A DNA stretch of 64,000 nt, taken from NCBI GenBank assembly GCA_963708295.1, contig CAVPSJ010000004.1, positions 1,056,001 to 1,120,000 on the forward strand, in the 5' to 3' direction. The position numbers and the translations under genes are program-made. The DNA comes from an uncultured delta proteobacterium. GTDB taxonomy: Bacteria; Desulfobacterota; BSN033; UBA1163. Under the pieces are notes generated by a model. The model was not told the DNA's origin. It worked only from the letters and a program-made list of their open reading frames with translations, and ran no database searches. Shown here piece by piece: positions 58,082-64,000 of the stretch; the first letter of the stretch is position 1, and every line of letters starts with the position of its first letter.

Positions 58082-58693
58082 TTATTGTTTTAATTTGAAA
58101 GAGATTATTTCCCAATCATATATTACATCCCAATAATCACTTTTTTCATATTGGCACTTCACCATGGATTTCACATCGGGCGAATACCAATACCATGCTT
58201 TCCCCTCCTTTGGCCGACCCGCTGTTTCTCCAACCGTTTCTTGTTTATACTCTAATTTAAGAGCCTTAAATTTTCCTGCTTGAATCACGATCTCTTCCCA
58301 CCCCAAGACAGTGAAAGTCTCAAGATAGGTCATTTCTTGTGATCCTAAGGCGGTTTGTTTAGTTATAAATTTGTCGCTCCATGTCTTCCCGACATCCAAT
58401 GGAAAATTAAAAAGTCTTTTGTTCCTTCCCTCATACTTTATTCGTTTATCTTTGGCCATGTAGTAGAGTCTATTCAGAGAGCTTTTCTCACAAATTAAAG
58501 TCAAATCCCCGCGAGCCGTTAAGTATTTCACCACATAACTATCTCCACCGGCATCATCGATCGTTATAATCACATCATCCGTTAAAACCCACTTGTCCCC
58601 TACGTTCCAGACAGGGGCTTCAACCTTATTTTGAGCAGATACAATGGTTGGAATGAATAAGACTAAAAAGATTAATAAAATCTTCTTTTTCAT
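58082..58693 (-). CDS. Secreted hypothetical protein (APxWxVGDxW / AGxFxA..WYSP family)
   Basis: GGAGGAG RBS before ATG 58693; signal peptide VSA-Q. Confidence 0.78.
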   Translation of the reverse strand: MKKKILLIFLVLFIPTIVSAQNKVEAPVWNVGDKWVLTDDVIITIDDAGGDSYVVKYLTARGDLTLICEKSSLNRLYYMAKDKRIKYEGRNKRLFNFPLDVGKTWSDKFITKQTALGSQEMTYLETFTVLGWEEIVIQAGKFKALKLEYKQETVGETAGRPKEGKAWYWYSPDVKSMVKCQYEKSDYWDVIYDWEIISFKLKQ

Positions 58694-59187
58694 ATCATCT
58701 CCTCCTTTCATACATGGATTGATGTTAGAGAAATATTATCTTCTCATTAAAAAGTCAACAGAAATTTCTCTTCAATAAAAAATGCTGTGTGGAGTTCGGT
58801 CCACTAAATTTTGTTCGTTGCCTCTATTAAATACAAATCAGTGAATTCCGTCACAAACACCTTTTCAAAGGCTATTCTTAAATAGCTGAAAACAAACAGC
58901 TTCTTCTTTTACTATTTTTCCCTGAAAACACGTTTATCATATTTTGTTCCAAATGCAATGTTTCCTATGGAAATCAATAAGTCTTCCTTATGGTCTTTTC
59001 CAGTACATCTTCCTTAAATCCTAAGGTGAGATAATTTTCACAATCCTATTTTAACATTGACAAATAAAGGACTTTATGGTGGTGTAATATCGGGATGAAA
59101 GTATAAGGGGGGGTGGGTCAGCAACAATCTTCTAACTCCCTAATCCTTTTTGAAAGCTTTAACTCATTAACAGAAGGAGGGATGACA

Positions 59188-59721
59188 ATGCGACGTTTGT
59201 GGACGATTATCTTCTTTCTACTCATTTTCCTGCTCTGGAATGCTCCTGTAGGGAACGCTCAATTCCGAGAGGCAGGAGCAGAAAAACTCAGGGTTACTGT
59301 GGATGCCCCCGATTTTACCCTGAAGGAGATCGGTGGAGGAAAAATCTCTCTCAAAGAACTGCGAGGGAAGGTTATTTTGTTAAACTTCTTCGCCACGTGG
59401 TGACCAAACTGCAAGAGGGAGTCTCCCTCCTTTGCCAAACTTCATGAGGAGTTTAAGAACTCAGATTTGGCCCTCCTCAAGGTAGCAACGAAAGAGAAAG
59501 AAAAAGATATAACAAGGTATAAGAAAGAACATAATTTTTCTTCCCCCATCCTCTTTGAGGATGATGCGGCAGTGGCCACTGCCTATGGAGTCTGGAGTCG
59601 CCCCCAGACTTTTTTCATCAATCGCGAAGGTAAGATCGTCGGCAGAGCACTTAAGGAAATGGACTGGACGTCGAAGAACATGAAAGATCTCATTGAATTT
59701 CTTTTGAAGGAGAAAAAATGA
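59188..59721 (+). CDS. TlpA/ResA-like thiol-disulfide oxidoreductase, selenoprotein (UxxC)
   Basis: ORFs 59113-59403 and 59467-59721 are one frame joined by TGA 59401-59403: APDFTL...LNFFATW-U-PNC-KRESP...YGVWSRPQTFFINREGKI. Confidence 0.88.
59415..59429 (+). promoter_or_regulatory. Bacterial SECIS-like hairpin
   Basis: GAGGGA-GTC-TCCCTC beginning 11 nt after the UGA, with G in the apical loop. Confidence 0.65.
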
Positions 59722-60303
59722 ATCGAATTCATTTAAAGAAGATATCGTATTTGGTTTTTTTCCTGATCTTTGGATTGTTCGGAACCCGATGCGCCACTCC
59801 CACCCACAAAGAAGAAGTAAAGACATATCCAAAGGATTATGTTCATTCTTTAAAGGAGATTTATCTTGAAAAAGTGTTCAATGAGAACCGGGGCTTAAAA
59901 GTCCTGGAAGAGAACGCGACCACAGTCAATGACTACTACCGCGGAGGCGTCCAGGAGAAGGAAGAAGGGGAAAAACTAATCAAAGAAAGCAGATGGGAGG
60001 AGGCGCGGAAACATTTTGAAAAATCAAATCGGTTCTTCGGGGTCGTCCTCAAATATCTTTCGGAAGATGAGGCTTATCGCAACATCTATGGTGAGCAAGT
60101 GGTCATTTTTTTACCCAACCTCTTGATCGCCGACAACGACCTGAAATTAGTCACGGTTTACAAGAATCTGAAAAATGATGATAAAACGGCTCAGGCGAAA
60201 GCAGAAGGACAGCAATATCTTGTCCCAATCTCTAAGGAGTGTAAGAACCGAGTGGGCCTATCAAATCGAGAAAGGCTTTGAGTCTGAATTGCCTAAAAAG
60301 TGA
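59718..60303 (+). CDS. Helical (TPR-like) lipoprotein with a probable frameshift near 60220
   Basis: Signal ending GTRC; alternative frame SQSLRSVRTEWAYQIEKGFESELPKK* ends at 60303 next to the following gene. Confidence 0.68.
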
Positions 60304-60309
60304 GGCACC

Positions 60310-61824
60310 ATGAAAAAGGAATGGATCCTTTGTTTCATTACGGTCCTCCTGATACTCGGGACCACTCAGGTCAGTTTCTCAAAAGAACCAGTCAAGCTTT
60401 ATTTCTTCTATTCTGAAGAGAGCGGAGGGCTGAAGGTCCAAGAAGGATTCATTACGCCTCTTTCAAAGAAGTACCCCCTCGAGATCCAATCTTTTTCCTT
60501 AAACAAATTGGACAATTATGACCTGCTTGGCAAATTCGAAAAAGAATTGAAACAGGAGGATAACGAACTTCCTGTCGTTATTATCGGGAATAAAATCTTG
60601 GGGGGGGAGGCTAAGATTCGAAAAGATCTGGAGGGATGGGTCAAATCCTATGCTGAAAAAGGAGGAATTGACTGGCCCTCCCTTCAAGTGACGAAGACGG
60701 ACCGGTGGATCCCTCATGCCCCTACAGAGGAGGAAAAACGTTCTCAAACGATCGTGTATGGCGCTTTTTTCTATACCCATGGATGCCTTCACTGTGAAGG
60801 GGTGAAGGCAAAGTTAGGGGAGTGGGCCCCAAAGTTTCCTGATTTGCGAATAGGAACCTTCGACATGTCGAAGGAGGAGAATAAAAGGATAGGTGAGGCT
60901 CTTTTTGAAATCTATAAGGTTCCAGCCCGCCGACTGGGGGAGATTGTTCAACTCTATATCGGGGAAGACTACCTTTCGGGAGATGAGTTTCGTCATGAGG
61001 ATTTTGAAAAAATGGTCTCAAAATATCAGGGGAAGGGCGCTCCTCCCCCCTGGGAGAAGGTGACCCAAGAGGCTTTGATGAAAGGGGAGGAGAAGATCAT
61101 CGATCGATTCAAGAAATTTAGCCTCGGGGCTGTGTTGATCGCAGGCCTGATCGATGGTCTCAACCCCTGCGCCTTCGCCACAATTGTCTTTCTGGTTTCC
61201 TACCTGTCTTTCTTGGGCAAACAGACTAAAGAGATTCTCACATACGGTCTCATCTTCACTTCTGGCGTCTTTATCGCTTACATCCTAGCCGGAATGGGAC
61301 TCATGGCGGGTTTCCGCCAGTTGAGCGGTTTCCCCCTGATTACCAAGGGGATCTATCTCGTCATCGGCACGTTTGCAATCGTACTTGGAATCATCAGCTT
61401 TTATGACTATATTCTATTCAGGCGGGGCCAGATTGCAAAAATGAAGCTTCAGCTTCCCATGGCGCTGAAGAAAAAGATCCACGGAATTATCCGAATACAA
61501 ACCCGATCCCCCAAAGCGGGTTTTATAGGAACATTCGCTCTCGGATTCATCATCGCAGCTACGGAAGTGGTCTGTACCGGGCAGGTGTACCTCCCCACCA
61601 TCGGATATATCATGACAGTCCCCGAATTGAGGGTGAATGCCTTTTTGAATCTCATCCTCTATAACATCATGTTTATTATCCCGCTGATGGGCATTTTTGT
61701 GGCGGCCTTTTTCGGAGTGACTTCGGAAAGGATGGCACTGGTGACAAAAGAGCGCACAGGAACGGTCAAACTTCTAACGGCCATTCTGTTCATTTGCCTG
61801 GGACTATTTCTTTTCATTTTTTAG
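60310..61824 (+). CDS. Two thioredoxin/glutaredoxin-like domains fused to a CcdA/DsbD-like membrane domain
   Basis: Signal peptide; first domain lacks CxxC, second has CLHC; GLIDGLNPCAF and EVVCTGQVYLP membrane Cys pair. Confidence 0.82.
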   Translation: MKKEWILCFITVLLILGTTQVSFSKEPVKLYFFYSEESGGLKVQEGFITPLSKKYPLEIQSFSLNKLDNYDLLGKFEKELKQEDNELPVVIIGNKILGGEAKIRKDLEGWVKSYAEKGGIDWPSLQVTKTDRWIPHAPTEEEKRSQTIVYGAFFYTHGCLHCEGVKAKLGEWAPKFPDLRIGTFDMSKEENKRIGEALFEIYKVPARRLGEIVQLYIGEDYLSGDEFRHEDFEKMVSKYQGKGAPPPWEKVTQEALMKGEEKIIDRFKKFSLGAVLIAGLIDGLNPCAFATIVFLVSYLSFLGKQTKEILTYGLIFTSGVFIAYILAGMGLMAGFRQLSGFPLITKGIYLVIGTFAIVLGIISFYDYILFRRGQIAKMKLQLPMALKKKIHGIIRIQTRSPKAGFIGTFALGFIIAATEVVCTGQVYLPTIGYIMTVPELRVNAFLNLILYNIMFIIPLMGIFVAAFFGVTSERMALVTKERTGTVKLLTAILFICLGLFLFIF

Positions 61825-61932
61825 TGAAACACTATCGAAGAGTTAGTCAAGAGGATTCGTGTCATCGGCCGCACCTTATATTTTCTCGTGAGATTGAAGT
61901 TCTGACTGCTGCTTGTAGAGAAAGAAAAAAAT

Positions 61933-62448
61933 ATGGTTCCGCAAATCAAGAAGATACTTTTCGCAACCGATCTCAGCAAGAACTCTGCTTATGCCTTCTA
62001 TTACGCGGTCCATATGGCAAGAAGAGACGACGCAAAGATTGTGATTTTGCATGCGGTCGAACCTCTTCCTCATATGCCGGTAACTTTTGGAGATTTCTCG
62101 CATCAGGTTTTGAAGGACCGCTGGGATGAGACCGTTAAGAAATTTAAGGAGCGAATACAGGATATTTCCGTAAAAGTAGATGCTCGAACGGGCATTTCAT
62201 CGGTTGACCTGGTATCCAATATCCTGATTCGGCCGGGTAACCCTGTGGAAGAAATCTTAAAGGTGGCAGACGAAGAGGGTTGCGACGTGATCGTTCTCGG
62301 AACCCACGGCAAGGGATTTTTGAAACAGACCTTGCTGGGGAGCGTGTCCAGTTCGGTCCTTATTCGAACCCAGAAACCAGTATTTGTGATACCGCTCCCA
62401 TCTAAAAATACCAACTTTGATTTGAACGTAGGGGAGGACTTCGTATGA
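61933..62448 (+). CDS. Universal stress protein
   Basis: KKILFATDLS, GNPVEEI, DVIVLGTHG, LLGSVS, PVFVIP. Confidence 0.92.
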   Translation: MVPQIKKILFATDLSKNSAYAFYYAVHMARRDDAKIVILHAVEPLPHMPVTFGDFSHQVLKDRWDETVKKFKERIQDISVKVDARTGISSVDLVSNILIRPGNPVEEILKVADEEGCDVIVLGTHGKGFLKQTLLGSVSSSVLIRTQKPVFVIPLPSKNTNFDLNVGEDFV

Positions 62449-63092
62449 AAAAGATTTTGATGATGATTATCTTCGTATTTTTTCTTTTCGGCTGTGCAGG
62501 GATCCCTGTCCGACCCGCACTTCAAGAAAATATCAATATTTCTCCGGGGAAGGTTGAGGGAAATCAATTCACTGGTATTCGATACACCTTTAATGTCTCC
62601 GTTCCTGCCCATTGGAAGGTCACGACAGAATTCCCTGATTTCCTGGAAAAACTGGGTTACGACAGACCTTTTTCGACGGATAAGGAACAGACGGAACTAT
62701 ATGCGTATAATCCCGAAACGAAATCAAATATCAACTTCGATTTCACGCCGACAGGTCGGTATGCAAGATTCAACCAGAAAAAGATCGAAATTCTAACTTC
62801 TATGGCAACGGAAAGTATGAAAGCTGAACTAGATAAAGAGTTTGGGAAGGGTGTTGTTAAACCGGACGTGTATCCCACAGAACCGATATCCTTAAAGGGT
62901 GTCCAATATGCTGCAAAAAAATATGCAACCTATACGGCAAAAGGACAGAAACGGGAACAGGGATGGATTTATGGATTTACAGAACCCTATCAAATTTTTA
63001 TCATTTACTCGATATTCGAAAAGGAGGGGGCCAGCGACCGTCAGGATCTGAAAAAGATTCTTGACTCTTTTGAGTACATAACAAAGAAATGA
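62445..63092 (+). CDS. Hypothetical lipoprotein
   Basis: Lipobox LFGC; ATGA overlap with the usp gene. Confidence 0.8.
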   Translation: MKKILMMIIFVFFLFGCAGIPVRPALQENINISPGKVEGNQFTGIRYTFNVSVPAHWKVTTEFPDFLEKLGYDRPFSTDKEQTELYAYNPETKSNINFDFTPTGRYARFNQKKIEILTSMATESMKAELDKEFGKGVVKPDVYPTEPISLKGVQYAAKKYATYTAKGQKREQGWIYGFTEPYQIFIIYSIFEKEGASDRQDLKKILDSFEYITKK

Positions 63093-63452
63093 CGAGGGTC
63101 GGAGACGAGGACGATCAATTGGATAGGGTTAGCTAAACACATGGGTTTAGATACTCCTCGCAGGGGGTTAAGTTTTTAATCCTGATGCGTAGGAGTTATC
63201 AAAAAGCAGGATCTGATTCCGGCCTGGAGTGAGCCTAAAAACCTTATCAAAACGGTGCAACTTTTCTTGCATCGTCAACTTCTCTGCCAAAACGCAATTT
63301 ACCCTAGGTGCCTTTCCATTCGAAAATTTTGTCAAGCATTTTTTAGTGTTGGCCGAATGCGGAATTTCTGGCCAATGAAGAAAGAAATTGACCAATGTGC
63401 AATCATTTAGTATCATTAAAATGACATCACATTGTGCATCTGGAGGACGATC

Positions 63453-63710
63453 ATGAAGACCATCACGATTCGCGGTATTGAGCCCGGGCTGGACCGGGTG
63501 ATCAAGTCCCGAGCAAAGCAGAACAACCTGAGCGTGAATCAGTGGATCCTGCAGGCGCTGAAAAAAGTGACCGGTATGGGGAAAGAGCCGGTGTTCAAGA
63601 AGCACCATGATCTGGATGCCCTGGCTGGCGGATGGAGCAAGGAAGAAGCGAAAGCTTTTCAGAAAAACACTCAAATCTTCGAGAAGATCGATGAGGATGT
63701 CTGGAAATGA
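63453..63710 (+). CDS. Ribbon-helix-helix (FitA-like) antitoxin
   Basis: MKTITIRGI...RAK...SVNQ...HDLDALAGGWS...FEKIDEDVWK; GGAGG RBS. Confidence 0.85.
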   Translation: MKTITIRGIEPGLDRVIKSRAKQNNLSVNQWILQALKKVTGMGKEPVFKKHHDLDALAGGWSKEEAKAFQKNTQIFEKIDEDVWK

Positions 63711-64000
63711 GACGGATCGCGATTGATACGAACATTTACACCTCTTTCAAGTGCAATGACCAAAGTGTTGTTGACACGTTCAGAGATTGCGACTGTATCG
63801 GGGTGGACTTAACGGTCATCGCTGAGCTCTTTTCCGGGTTTTCCCTCGGCGGTAAGGAAAAGAAGAAACCGCGCAGGAACTGGAAGCGTTCCTCAATTCT
63901 CCCCGGGTTGAAATACTCCTGCATGATCTCGAAACGGCAGATTACTATGCTTTGATTGTTAAAAGATTAAAGGCCAAAGGTCGACCCATTCCCACAAACG
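63707..64000 (+). CDS. vapC: PIN-domain toxin (VapC), frameshifted near 63868 and cut by the window end
   Basis: IAIDTNIY, VIAELFSGF; continues in another frame as ELEAFLNSPRV...LKAKGRPIPTN. Confidence 0.8.

Overview
A 64 kb accessory-type region from a bacterium of moderate GC content. The gene repertoire, sigma54 promoters and repeat families point to an anaerobic Desulfobacterota/deltaproteobacterium (inference). No rRNA, tRNA, CRISPR array, intact transposase or integrase was seen. The first ~26 kb is a patchwork of small lipoprotein/secreted-protein genes, transporters (MFS, MATE), a Tat-exported molybdopterin oxidoreductase operon and many gene relics. It carries six canonical sigma54 promoters, a c-di-GMP-I riboswitch controlling two tiny paralogous genes, and two integron attC-like sites with no integrase in the window. 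The 26-58 kb block is a dense signalling/surface locus. It holds a sensor-less hybrid kinase with three tandem stand-alone copies of its own receiver domain, and a MalT-like STAND-TPR-BTAD regulator. These are followed by an 11-bp-spaced direct repeat, a terminated leader and a 69-aa ORF in front of a ~10.5 kb mosaic adhesin-like gene that is broken by several frameshifts. The block ends with a PP2C/anti-sigma/STAS partner-switch module interrupted by lnt, a radical SAM gene and a VapBC pair. The last 5 kb encode a TlpA-like selenoprotein (in-frame UGA in UxxC with a SECIS-like hairpin) in a redox operon. Scattered single-base frameshifts suggest residual long-read assembly errors. Family assignments come from motifs recognised by eye; no database searches were run.
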